DNA of 64,000 nucleotides from Podarcis bocagei. Lineage: Eukaryota. Position numbers and translations under genes: made by a program. The notes under the pieces are model-generated. The model saw only the letters and a program-made list of their open reading frames with translations, was not told where the DNA came from and made no database searches. The stretch lies in NCBI GenBank assembly GCA_964188305.1, contig OZ076885.1. One strand, given 5' to 3'. Shown here piece by piece: positions 14,184 to 25,245 of the stretch (its first letter is position 1; each line of letters begins with the position of its first letter).

Positions 14184-14193
14184 GTGTGTGTGT
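14124..14193. repeat. Compound (GT)n(GTCT)n microsatellite
   Basis: Seen directly. Confidence 0.95.
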
Positions 14194-16429
14194 ATGAAGT
14201 GCTGCAAAGAACTGTCATGGATGTAAAAGGAGGGCTGATACTTTGTTCTGCCTGCATTTCAAGTCCTTTCCATACTGGCTGGGGCACAGAGGGTTGAGGG
14301 GCAAGATGCTCCTTTGCGAGCTAATGGGGCTCCCTACAATTACAGCCAGGCACCAGACGCTCTGCGCAGCATTAGGTTAATCAGTTAAAGGGTGCAACAG
14401 CAGCTCCCAGCCACATTCTGTGCAAGGAGAATTGGGGGAGGAAACAGCAGACACGGCCTGCTGTGTGAAGAGGGGAGAGGAGGGTGGAATCCATAAAAAC
14501 ATCTGTTCAGATAAAGAACACAAAGAGAGGGTGGGGGCAAGATGGAGCCCCTTAAACCCATTATCTGCTCCTGCTCCCTTAGTGCCTGGACAGCTCAGAC
14601 ACTGAGCTTAATGGCCCAGAAACTAACAGAGGGTGGGAAAACCTCAAGCATCAGTCAAGGGGAAAGCCAAAGGCCAAAGTGGCCCAAAGACCATCAACCT
14701 CCCAGTCCAAGTCACAGCTTAGCTGTGCTCCCACACAACTCTTCCGCACTATGGTCCGGGAAAACAGAATTAGGACTGCCATGGCTAGCCATTTACTGCT
14801 CAGTCATCTGGTGCTGCTTCAGAAAAGGGCAGTGACAAGCAGACCGTGCAGCACGCAGCATCACTGCTCACATCAAGGCCACTGTCAGCCCTTAGTTTTC
14901 TTCGGCACTTCTAGGCCAGAGTAAGAAGGCACTCTTGCTTGCACAGCAGTAGCCCACTGCTGCATTAATAAGACCCCTGTCAGATGTCTGTACAGCTGGA
15001 GCTCTTGGGAAGAGAGGGGTATACAGGTTACAATGGTCAGGGGGAAACTAGGGCTTTGGGCTCCATCTCCTGAAGGCAGGCTGCAACAGGCCAAGTTGCC
15101 CCTGGTATGAAGGAGACTTAGCAGCAGCCACCAATGGTGCTTGGAGTAAGTGTTCTGGGTTACAAAGACCAAGCCCAAATACACATAGGCAGTAGTAGAG
15201 GCCAAGTGAGGCAGCAAGTGTTTCCCAGGCAAATTGCTTCGCCCCCCCTCATCTATCACACACAAACTGTTGCTGGACCCCTGGTGGTTACTTAAAGAAA
15301 AGGTCCTTTCACCTACAGTACTGTATAAATTATAATTGAATAACAAACTGGCACATGAAATAAGTATGGATTCCTACAACTTGAAAGTTTACTCCATCAA
15401 AGTCAACAAGACTGACTTCGGAGGAAATATTGGAGACGGTTAATGTGAAATGTACAGTTATTTCTCTTTCAGGAATCAACAGGCAAGACTATTCATGACT
15501 AATTTTTTTTTCCTGCTTTGCCCTCCCTTTTCCCCTCCTCTCCCCAGTATTTTTTTCTTCTGCTGCCTGTGTCCAGCATCCTGAATAAGGACATGTGGAA
15601 ATATGCATGTGCGCATGCGCATGCACACACACACCAGCCCTCTTCAACTGTATTGACGGGAATTCCTTGGGCACAGAGCCCGAATTTGCTCATTTGGAGG
15701 AGGGTAAGGTGACTGTTTTCACTTAAAAAAATACAAAAAACCAGACACAGCAGCAGCTGAGTGCCACTTTCAATCAAGGGAGCACCCTGTCATCTCCTCT
15801 CCCCAGAGAAACAGAGGAGTAGATGCTACATGAGCGTAGCAAAAATCCAGCGTGTGAATTAGTAACACAGACAGACATAAAATCCCCAAATGGCTCATCC
15901 ATTTCAGAACGAGTTCTGGGTTTAACGCATCTGTTGGGGTATATTACTCATTCACACAGGAGGATGCACCCATCCTGGCAGAAGCAAAGGAGGAAATCAG
16001 ATGTGCCAAATCTGCCCCCTGCATCCCAACAAGTCAAGGTTCAAAGCCTCCCTTGTCATCACTGGAGAGAGGCTTGGACACCAATAGACTGTACAGGGTG
16101 GGAGATTCTCGGGGCGTTTTAAGGGACACCCACAGCAACCAGACTGTCTCACGCCCGCCTTCCCCTCCCAGAAGAAAACTCCTGCTCCAGCGAAGCTTGA
16201 CAAGCACAGCCCCGGTCTAGCAAACGGATCATCACCCCTTGCTCCCAAAAGGTCCCCACCGGACCCGGTTCTGTTTTGCACTGGAGACCCTGCAGCTTTC
16301 CCCCTCCCCTCTTCTTCCCAATGCCAGGGTTAAGTGTGAGGATGGTGGGGAAAACGAGGTGCTCCTCCTTCACCTTTCATGGGCAGAGAAGCCCCCCTCT
16401 GCTCCTTGGATCTAAAGGGAGAGGAGCCC

Positions 16430-17270
16430 TTGGCCTCAGCCTCGACCCTCCGCCAGAGACCCTTGGATCAAAACGAGACCTGACCCCCGACACACCCACC
16501 CCCCGCCCGGGCAGTCTCGCTCAGCCGTTTGACGGCAGCCCAGCCGAGCCTAGCAGGGGCGCCTGGGGACCGGGGAGCTACCCCTCCTCTTTGGCCGGCC
16601 AGAAAGGGATTCCGCGCGCCCGCCGCCGCGCTTGAAGGAAGGCGAGGGGCGCAAAGGCAGGGGAAGAAGAGTCGTCCTAGCGTCGAGGGACTAGCAGCTT
16701 GAAGGGGGCGGGACTGTACCCTCGGGCTCGTCCTCGCCGCGCTCTCACCTCCTGCAGCTGGGGGTCCATCTGCTCGGAAGGCAACGCCGTTTCCAGAGGC
16801 GGTGGCGCTTCTCCCTCATAGGCGTCCACCTGGCCTGGTGAGGCGGCGGCGGCGGCGGCGCCCTCGCTCCAAATCTTCAGCGCCTCCCCGGCGCGCTCAG
16901 TAGCAAGAGCCGCAGCACGAGCATCCCGCAGGCAGAGCGAGCCCAGTGGCCGGCTCCAGCCTCGGCTCCGCCCCGACGCCTGATTGGAGCCCGAGAGCGC
17001 CTTGGGTGGCGCCTGCTTCGCGCCAGCGCCGGCCTGTTGCCCCACCTTCGCCTCCGCCCGCCTCGAGGCGCGGAGGGATCAGGGAGGTCACTCCCAGGAA
17101 CGCGGACCTGGAAGTCCTGCCCCCTGTGATCCCGTTTGTGGGTAGCGGGAAAGCACTCTGCACTTGCTCAGAAGCTCTCTTGTTCGTGCTTAGCGCTGAG
17201 TATATGTTCCATGGCTTGAGACCTGGAGATTCTGAAGTGCTAGGTTGGACATAGCGACGCGCAGGCTGGT
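16430..17270. promoter_or_regulatory. CpG island promoter, probably bidirectional
   Basis: Dense CpG and GC content, GC box CCGCCCC 16968-16974, CCAAT on the minus strand 16983-16987, (GGC)n at 16842-16860, ETS-like GGAAGT 17110-17115, plus-strand donor CTG|GTAATT at 17268. Confidence 0.85.
16749..16769 (-). CDS. MYO10L: Myosin-X-like gene, coding part of exon 1 (MDPQLQE)
   Basis: ATG at 16769 inside a CpG island, 21 coding nt, then donor GAG|GTGAGA. Same 7-aa, phase-0 first exon as human MYO10 (MDNFFTE), and in frame with the exon at 145-243. Confidence 0.85.
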
Positions 17271-17394
17271 AATTTTCTTTATTTTCACATTTGTCAGCCT
17301 AGCCAAAGATCAGGGATTATGGGTGTTGTAGTCTCCAAAAATACCTGGAAGGCCACAGGTTCGCTGTACCTGTTACACACTGTCGTGGGCTCTG

Positions 17395-17739
17395 CAGACC
17401 CTCCAAGTACCCCTATTTTCAAGGAACACCCCCGATTTAGAGAAACCGTCCCGGTTCCTGATTTGATCTTGCAATGTCCCACTTTTCCTTAGGGTGTCCC
17501 TATTTTCACTGTAGAAATGTTGGAGGGTATGGAATTATCCAACCCCGAAGCCGTCTGAAGGCAATCCTGTATAGGGAAGCTTTTTTAATGTTTAATGTTT
17601 TATTATGTTTTTTATATATGGTGGAAGCTGCCCAGAGTGGCTGGGGCAGTCCAGTAAGATGTATGGAGTATAAATAGTAAAATTATAATTATGAAAAGGG
17701 ACGTCCCTATTTTCAATGGAGAAATGTTGGAGGGTATGT
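17395..17739. mobile_element. Non-autonomous DNA-transposon-like repeat
   Basis: Ends CAGACCCTCCAA...TTGGAGGGTATG with an internal duplication of GTCCCTATTTTCA..AGAAATGTTGGAGGGTATG. Confidence 0.55.
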
Positions 17740-19285
17740 GCCTGTTGTATTTCTTTATTCTGCAACAGCTTGTCTCTCCACTGATTTCAATACAAGAGGA
17801 TTCTAATATTTTGGTTAAATATATGTGGGGTATGTGTGTTAATTGCCCTTCAGTATGTTTTCAGCATTTAAAATACCCACCAGCAGATGTAGTGTGTGAA
17901 ATGACAGGCTGTGCACCGCATGGCGCCATAGTGTTCAAGTGCATGCATGTGTTCTTAGAAAACAAGAAACAGTCACCCACCCACTCAGAAATGGAATAGA
18001 TGCCTTGGGACACTCTTCCCCACCTGTCTGATTTATTTTTTATTTTTGGACTACAACTCCAATTAGTTCCTGCCAGTGTGGCCAGTGATCAGGGATGCTG
18101 GGAGTTGTAGTCCAAATATCTGGAAGTCAGCAAGGGAAGAAGTGGAACCATTAAAAATGGGCAAGACCCAGAGTGACAGGGGAGGCCCAGCCAGATGGGC
18201 GGGGTATAAGTAATAAATTGTTGTTGTTGTTATTATTGTTGTTATTATTTATTATAAGGCAGTTAGCTCACACTAGTGTGTGTGCATTAGTATGTATTTA
18301 TTAAAGTATGTTTTTATACCACTTTTTATTTAAAAATCACAAAGCAGTGTACAGCAGAATATAAAAACTACCACAAAACCACAACCTGTATTGTAATAAC
18401 AACAATAATAGTTAATCCAATGCAAAAAAACCAGACGGATAATAATTGCCAACAAAGGTTTGGGGAAATAAAATAGTTTTCCGTAGGCGTTGAAACACCA
18501 ACAATATGCCATAACTCAGAGAGAAGTTTGCATCTATATTGCAGCTGTTGCATGTTAAAGGAGACTGATTTGATTAATCATGTTGAGTTTTGTTTAGTTA
18601 AGCAATACATTCATCAATTTAAACTGAATATGCTTGCCTATAAGAAGAAAAGCATTCTGATTTTTGCAATGCACCCATTGTTTGTAGTTGCTACCTGCGT
18701 GGGGCACCCTCTTCAAAAATGCAGCCTCCCTACTCGGAGGAGGGGACATCTATTCTCAGCAGGCATGTACACCACACTCTTTTTTAAAATACTGGCTATT
18801 TGAAAACATTTACAAATCTCCTGCCCAATTCATTGATTGAAATATTTTAAACCAATTAATCTATTAATTGACTCAGTGTTGCAACTCATGTTTGTGTGGT
18901 TGTGCTGAGCAAGATGGGTGCTTCGTGTACCTGATGAGTGGGTTGGAAGTCCATGAAAAGCGCCTGCCAAAATGCGTCTGCCACAAGAACTCCTTTTTGT
19001 TCTGGTGAAAGAAAGGATGAAAAGAGATGCAAAGCTTGCTGCTCGGTGTCTATATCAGAGCTGGGAAGTGATTGTCCGTAGCCACTAGTCATGTGGCAAA
19101 CCCATTAATGGGGTTTTAGGGTCTCTGCGGGAAAATTGCGGCAGGAGTCCTCCAGTTCAAGGCGGCCTCTCTAGTGACCTAAAAGGAGACATTCACAATA
19201 CCCAGTTGGAAATGGTAACACTTTCCCTTTCTGTAACCTCTGTCTTACTTATTTCATCCCTTATATGTCTCAGTTGTTCTTTGGA

Positions 19286-19511
19286 CAGTGGCACCTCAGG
19301 TTACATACACTTCAGGTTACAGACTCCGCTAACCCAGAAATAGTGCTTCAGGTTAAGAACTTTGCTTCAAGATGAGAACAGAAATCGGGCTCCGGCGGCG
19401 CGGCAGCAGCAGGAGGCCCCATTGGCTAAAGTGGTGCTTCAGGTTAAGAACAGTTTCAGGTTAAGTACAGACCTCCAGAATGAATTAAGTACTTAACCTG
19501 AGGTACCACTA
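19286..19511 (+). mobile_element. Tc1/mariner-type MITE, family A
   Basis: Near-identical to 1307-1548. Confidence 0.88.
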
Positions 19512-19599
19512 TATGAGATGAAGATGGATGGATACTTCCTCAAGGTAATGTTTGTGAGCAACAAGTACAACTCAACACTATACATGACCCCACACGCCA

Positions 19600-20075
19600 C
19601 ATGAAAAGCAGCATGAGAGAAGTGTATAGAATTATGCCTAGTGTGGAGAAAGTTTTTCTCGATCTCTCATAACACTAGAATCATAGAACTGTCGAGTTGG
19701 AAGGGACCCTAAGGATCATCTAGTCCAACCCCCTGCATTGCAGGAATGAATATGCACTGTCCCATATGGGGATCGAATCTGCAACCTTGGCATTATCAGC
19801 ACCATGCTCTCACCAACTGGTGTTTGGGGGCTTCCAGTGAAGCTGAATGTTGGAAGATTCCGGACATCCAAAATAAAGTACTTCTCCAAACAGCATATAG
19901 TTAAATGATGGAATTTACTCCCACAAGAGTCAGTGATCACCACAGACTTGGATGGGTATAAATGAGGATTAGATGAATTCTTAAGGTGATAAAGCTGCCA
20001 ATGGCTACTAAGCCTGATTCCTCATTCCACCTCCACAGTCAGAGGTAGTATGCTTCTGAATACCAATTGCACAGG
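19600..20075 (+). mobile_element. CR1 LINE 3' fragment interrupted by a SINE
   Basis: TCTCTCATAACACTAGAA...GAAGCTGAATGTTGGAAGATTC...ATGGAATTTACTCCCACAAGA is typical of a CR1 ORF2 end. Confidence 0.8.
19678..19820 (-). mobile_element. tRNA-Ile-derived SINE with CR1-type tail
   Basis: Reverse complement CAGTTGGTGAGAGCATGGTGCTGATAATGCCAAGGTTGCAGATTCGATCCCC joined to GGGTTGGACTAGATGATCC...TTCTATGA. Confidence 0.75.
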
Positions 20076-21603
20076 CAGTGGCAGAGGTGATGAAAGGCGC
20101 TGTCCGACAACATCTGGAGAGCCAGAGGTTTCCCATCCCTAGCATACAACAAAATAGGAGAACTAATGGTATATTAGAGCAATACAGACTCCAGGCTATA
20201 TATTTGTGTAGATGAGAACAGAGTGGCTTTGTGCAATCAGATGAGAGTGTCTTTCCAAAAAGGTGCATGAGATACTGGAGATTCCACCAGTTAACACTCA
20301 TGGTGATGTGTGATGAATGCTAGGAAGTCTCATAGAATTAGTCTTGTCTGGCAGCACCCCTGAGCACTCTGAGCCTAGTGGGTCAGTTCTTCAGAAAGAG
20401 CTACATAAGTGCCACACCCTTTAGAACACCAATTCTTCAAATATCTCTCTGTGTCTGCAGTGATAAGAAAGGCATTAAGGTTTTTGAGAGGTGTAAATTT
20501 ATATTGGGTCCCATGGATGGAGAGCATAGCTAGTTTAGGATCTGGCTGCAAAATTTAGCACATGATTCTAGTTATATCTCAGGAGTTTTGCTTCCAGAAA
20601 AACCCTCCAGACTGTGATGCAGCTCCTCAGAACGCCAGGAATGAGGCTCTGGCACAGAAGTCTTTCAGCAGGTATGGAGAGGTTTGTGTGCCAAATGAGT
20701 GAACAGAAAACACTGCTGCTGGGATTCCTGTCACTTGCTTTTGCCAGCTCTGGAAAAGAACGGAAACATTCTGTTCCCTTTGTCCCACATTCCCCAGAGC
20801 TGAGACTTCTATCTGGAATCTGCTAGGTGCAGAGGCTAGTAGTATGTCAGGTTGCGGCTTTAGATGGATAACGACATAAGCTACAAAACCCAAAAAGGGA
20901 AACATGACCCCCCCTCTCTTTATCTCTCTTCTGGTCTGTAAAGAGGAAAATGGGCTGTCTCCCCCCCCCCCCCCGTGCCAAATGCCCATGAATGAGAGGG
21001 TAGGGCACACTATAGTGAAAGAACTGGAATGTTACAGTCATTGATCAGGCCATTCCCATTTCCTCCACAAAGCCACAACTGGAGGGAGCCAAGAGGACCT
21101 CAGTCTAAGTGCCTGTTGGCAAAATAGTGGCTCCCATCCAAGGCCATTTTGACTGTAACCTGAAACACTGAAACTCATTCTGTTTCTCTTGACTCTTTTC
21201 CTGTGACTGGGACTTTCATCACTGAATCATTGTGGAAATCAGACACACAGCACACCAGGGTGTGTGATGCCTTACTTAGCATAAGAGGGAAGGTCCCTCT
21301 TTTCAAGGGCTTACAGTTTAAAAATTAAGGGTACTGGGAATTGTGCAGAGGAAACTACAGCTCCCAAGATTCTTTGCAGGAACTGCATTGAATGTGCTTT
21401 GAATGTGCTGTGGATCTGCTAGGAAGCAAGGAAATGACCAAGGAAGGGAAAGCTGGGGAGGGGGCACAGTGATTAGGAAAGCAATAAGTGATTGTTTCAG
21501 TTAGATGTGTTTAGGCTTAAATTACAGAGTTATAGTAGTAGGGTATGCCAGCGAAGGAGTTGCGCCCTGTGGTGGCACCAGAAAAAAATGGGTGGGCGGG
21601 CAT

Positions 21604-21657
21604 GTTGTTGTTTAGTCGTGTCCGACTCTTTGTGACCCCATGGACCAGAGCACGCCA
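21604..21657 (-). mobile_element. Bov-B (RTE) LINE 3' end, 54 bp
   Basis: GTTGTTGTTTAGTCGTGTCCGACTCTTTGTGACCCCATGGAC with perfect 10-bp target duplication GGGCGGGCAT. Confidence 0.85.
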
Positions 21658-21789
21658 GGGCGGGCATAGAAGGGGCAAAATATATTTCTTTGTGGGTGAG
21701 TTGTGTTCCACATATTAAGAACTCTGAAAGAAAAATAACAGTGTATGTTAATAACAGTCTACAATTGGGGGGGGATGAGCTCTTTTTTG

Positions 21790-22096
21790 GGGGTGTGTGC
21801 GGGTTAAACCACAGAGCCTAGGACTTGCCGATCAGAAGGTCAGCAGTTCGAATCCCTGCGACAGGGTGAGTTCCCATTGCTCGGTCCCTGCTCCTGCCAA
21901 CCTAGCAGTTTGAAAGCACATCAAAGTGCAAGTAGATAAATGCCGGGAATGTAAACGGCGTTTCCGTGAGCTGCTCTGGTTCTCCAGAAGCGGCTTAGTC
22001 CTGCTGGCCACATGACCCGGAAGCTGTACGCCGGCTCCCTCGGCCAATAAAGCGAGATGAGCACCGCAACCCCTAATGGTCAGGGGTCCCTTTACC

Positions 22097-22100
<4 letters not shown>
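21790..22100 (+). mobile_element. Sauria SINE
   Basis: tRNA-like head (GTTCGAATCCC), CCAACCTAGCAGTTTGAAAGCA core, TTTACCTTTA tail. Confidence 0.9.

Positions 22101-22139
<39 letters not shown>
22100..22139. repeat. (AC)n microsatellite at a SINE tail
   Basis: Seen directly. Confidence 0.95.
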
Positions 22140-22141
<2 letters not shown>

Positions 22142-23997
22142 TACTGCCCATGGTTCTGCCAGAGTTCTAATAAATAGGTGGCTTTTTGGGAGAGATTTGA
22201 AGCGAATAAAATGGAGGGAGGGGTGAAGATGGGGGAAAGAGCTCAGGGATGGGATGGCGGGGAGGGGAGGGGGGGCGGCTAGATGCACCATCAAGAGCCA
22301 GCGATAGGAAAGCTAAGCCTCAGAAAGTAGAAATTGGATGCAGAGGAGACTGAAGAACTGGCAAAGCAGGGAGAGCTTTGGGCAAGAGGCAGGATCATCC
22401 AGGACTCTGTTGGATCCTGTGTCATTATTTCCCAATTCCTGCCTAGGTTAGCTTTTTCTTCCTTCTGGGAGCCCCCCTCCTTATCAAGCATTTTGAACGA
22501 CAAGTAGGCGATCCCTATCTAGGATGCTCTCCTGTTGCAGGGAGGGAGCCATCCTGTCTGCCTGGGATTGGCAAGGGCCTGGCGATGGATGCGCCTGGTC
22601 ACTGACACAGACCTATCAGCACATCAAAGGAGGGTCTGGTGAGCACCCATTTCCTGTCTTCCTGCTGCAGCTCCTTGGATGAGGTCATTCAAGAAGGGGA
22701 GGGGGAGGCAAGGGGAATGAGAGGAGAGAAGAGGGATTTGCCTGCCCGGTAGCACTGAGAGGCACTCATGGACTTCTTCCATCTCAGTCCAAATGCATTC
22801 CCCCCCCCAATCCCCCACCATAGGACAGCACCTATGCTCCTCCACACACACCCTTAGCAGGAAGCAGCCAAGAGGGAATTTCCCATTCTGCTGGGGGCTG
22901 TAGGAAGCGCAGCAGGAAATGTGTGCTATGTCTGTGCATAACCCACCCATATCTCAAGGTGTGTAAGCTTGCCAGTAGATGAGACATGCCCTGAATGAAC
23001 AACTTCGATTCAATGATGTCACTAGCTCCATATGAATCAGACCTGCTTTATCAAAATATAAATAGACAGGAGCTTCTGCCTGAGGGCAACACCCACCTTA
23101 CTCATGATGGCTTCATGCGCCATATTTGGGGTGGGATCTCCCCAGATGCACAATTCTACAATTTTATGATTGCCTCTAGGTTGATTGCTCATCCTTTTCC
23201 CAGTCTAGGATCATTTTGCATGAAGCGCTCTCTCCAATTTTTGCTTGCTCTCCCATATCTCCTTTCGATCAGAGCATAGGGAATGGTTTTGTAGGGAGTC
23301 GTGCCATTATTCCATCTACCTCAATGTTGTCTGCACCAACAAGCAGCAGCTTTCCGGGATTTCAGCCAAGCTGTCCCCAGGCCTCTCTGGCGGTGCTGGC
23401 GACTGAACCTGCGACCTTTTGCATCCATGGGAGGTGCTGTGGCCTTTGAACTGCAGGCCTTCTTTTCTGGTCCTTGGGAGATGTTGTCCAATCTTGAAAT
23501 TCCTAATTTTGGAGATCTTAGAACAAAAGATTTATCCCTCTGCCTCTTTCTTTCTTTCTTTTTGGCACACTAACCAAGCCATACACTTTCTCCTATGGTT
23601 TGTTTTGTTGATTTCTTGCATAGATTTCCCAGATTTCTTCCAAGGAATTCCAAGTGGCTTACATAGTTTCCCCTATTTCCATTTTATCCTCACAACAACC
23701 CTGACAGGTTTGGCATAAGGCCATCCAGTAAGCTTCATTGTTGAGTGGGGATTTGAACCCAAGGCCTCTGCAGTCTGACATTCTGAACATAGTGATAATA
23801 TTTTTATGTAACTAAGTACAGTACTGTTTCCCTCAGACTTTGCAAAATGTATATGAAGTCTGAGATAAATGAAAAATACCAACTCTTTCCACGCCCATAG
23901 CCAAATTTACAAATCCCTGTTTCCGACCACAATTCTTCCAGTTTTTCTAATGGTTTCCGATAGTAACTCCTACAGTCCACATCTCTACTGCTATGAA

Positions 23998-24190
23998 AGA
24001 ACAACCAAGAGTCTTGTGGCATCTAGAAGATTGTAGATTTATTGTGGCATAAGCTTCTTTGGACTAAAGCCCACAACATCAGATGTGAACCCTCTAACCC
24101 ATGAAATCTTACGCCACGATAAGGCTTTAAGGTGACGCAAAACTCTTTGCTGTTTTTGCTGCCATAAGACAGGGGGATACCCCTCTGGAA
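23998..24190. mobile_element. Degenerate PLE terminal repeats in inverted arrangement
   Basis: Left arm is the reverse complement of a ...TAAGGTG..AAGACTCTT-type repeat, right arm is forward; decayed hammerhead cores in the middle. Confidence 0.6.
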
Positions 24191-25020
24191 TGTATGCTTT
24201 GATGAATCTGCCTTAGTTAGCTGTGGTGGAGAACTCATTTTTGTGTGTGTTACGGTGTTTCTCGCCTGTCAGCAAATCAGGAGGTTGTCTAGCCTTTCAT
24301 GGTAATGAGGCATAAGAGTGGATTGCATTTCCTTTGGGTTTAGTTTTTGATCTTTTAGCACTTAGCAATGCACAGAATTGTGGTTGCTTTAGTTGAGGTG
24401 ACTCCTCAAAACTGAGAATTGTCCTCTGGATGGTTAACATCTGCGGCGTATACCGTAGTTTTGCTTTGCAGCTGTTGCTCTAGAGTTCTGCACAAATAAG
24501 ATAGATCTTTGCGTGCAGAGCCGTAGGCAAAGGAATCCAACTTATCTGAGTCATCTCACAATCCAGAGACAAGGAACTTACAACACTGCAGATGCTGCTA
24601 GGCCACATTTCTCATCATTTCTGGCATTTAGCAATGCTAGCTGAGGACATGAGAGTTGAAATCCACCAACATCTAGTTCCCCACCCCTGCCATAATCTCA
24701 GACATATTCCATGGCAGTCATGTTACTTTGAGTAAGATTTGCTTCAATATTTTATTAACCGGCTGCAGTTGTTAGGCCTGTTCACCGCCCAACATATTTC
24801 TTGTGATGAGAAATGAGTTGATATGAACCCAACCCTCTCAGTTGTTTCCTTCAAGATCTGTGCGTGGAAACTAATGCAGGGAAAGGAAGTTTTTTGGGGT
24901 TAATATCTTATGATAGACCCACAACTTACACAGGTGTCACATTCTGGGGATTGGGCCTAAAGCCAAAATCATGTATAGTCATAACCCATTGGGTTCGATG
25001 GTGGGTGGGATTGCCAAATA

Positions 25021-25245
25021 CAGTGGTACCTCAGGTTAAGTACTTAATTCGTTCCGGAGGTCCATTCTTAACCTGAAACTGTTCTTAACCTGAAGCATCA
25101 CTTTAGCTAATGGGGCCTCCTGCTGCCGCCGTGCCACCGGAGCACGATTTCTGTTCTCATCCTGAAGCAAAGTTCTTAACCTGAAGCACTATTTCTGGGT
25201 TAGCGGAGTCTGTAACCTGAAGCGTATGTAACTTGAGGTACACTG
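25021..25245 (-). mobile_element. Tc1/mariner-type MITE, family A (inverted)
   Basis: Reverse complement of 1307-1548, TA flanks. Confidence 0.88.

Noticed and set aside
16276-17254. Several 88-122 aa ORFs over the CpG island
   Set aside because: GC-rich sequence is poor in stop codons; only the MDPQLQE exon is supported by homology and a splice donor.
18931-18980. Second hammerhead-like motif CTGATGA-GTGG...CCAT-GAAA
   Set aside because: Core and stem II are present, but I could not form stems I and III with a correctly placed UH site.
19758-19820. Functional tRNA-Ile gene
   Set aside because: 5' acceptor stem missing, mutated T-loop region, no Pol III terminator, fused to a CR1 tail.
20310-20371. 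Possible C/D box snoRNA (GTGATGA...CTGA)
   Set aside because: No terminal stem and no recognisable rRNA/snRNA guide; such motifs are frequent by chance.
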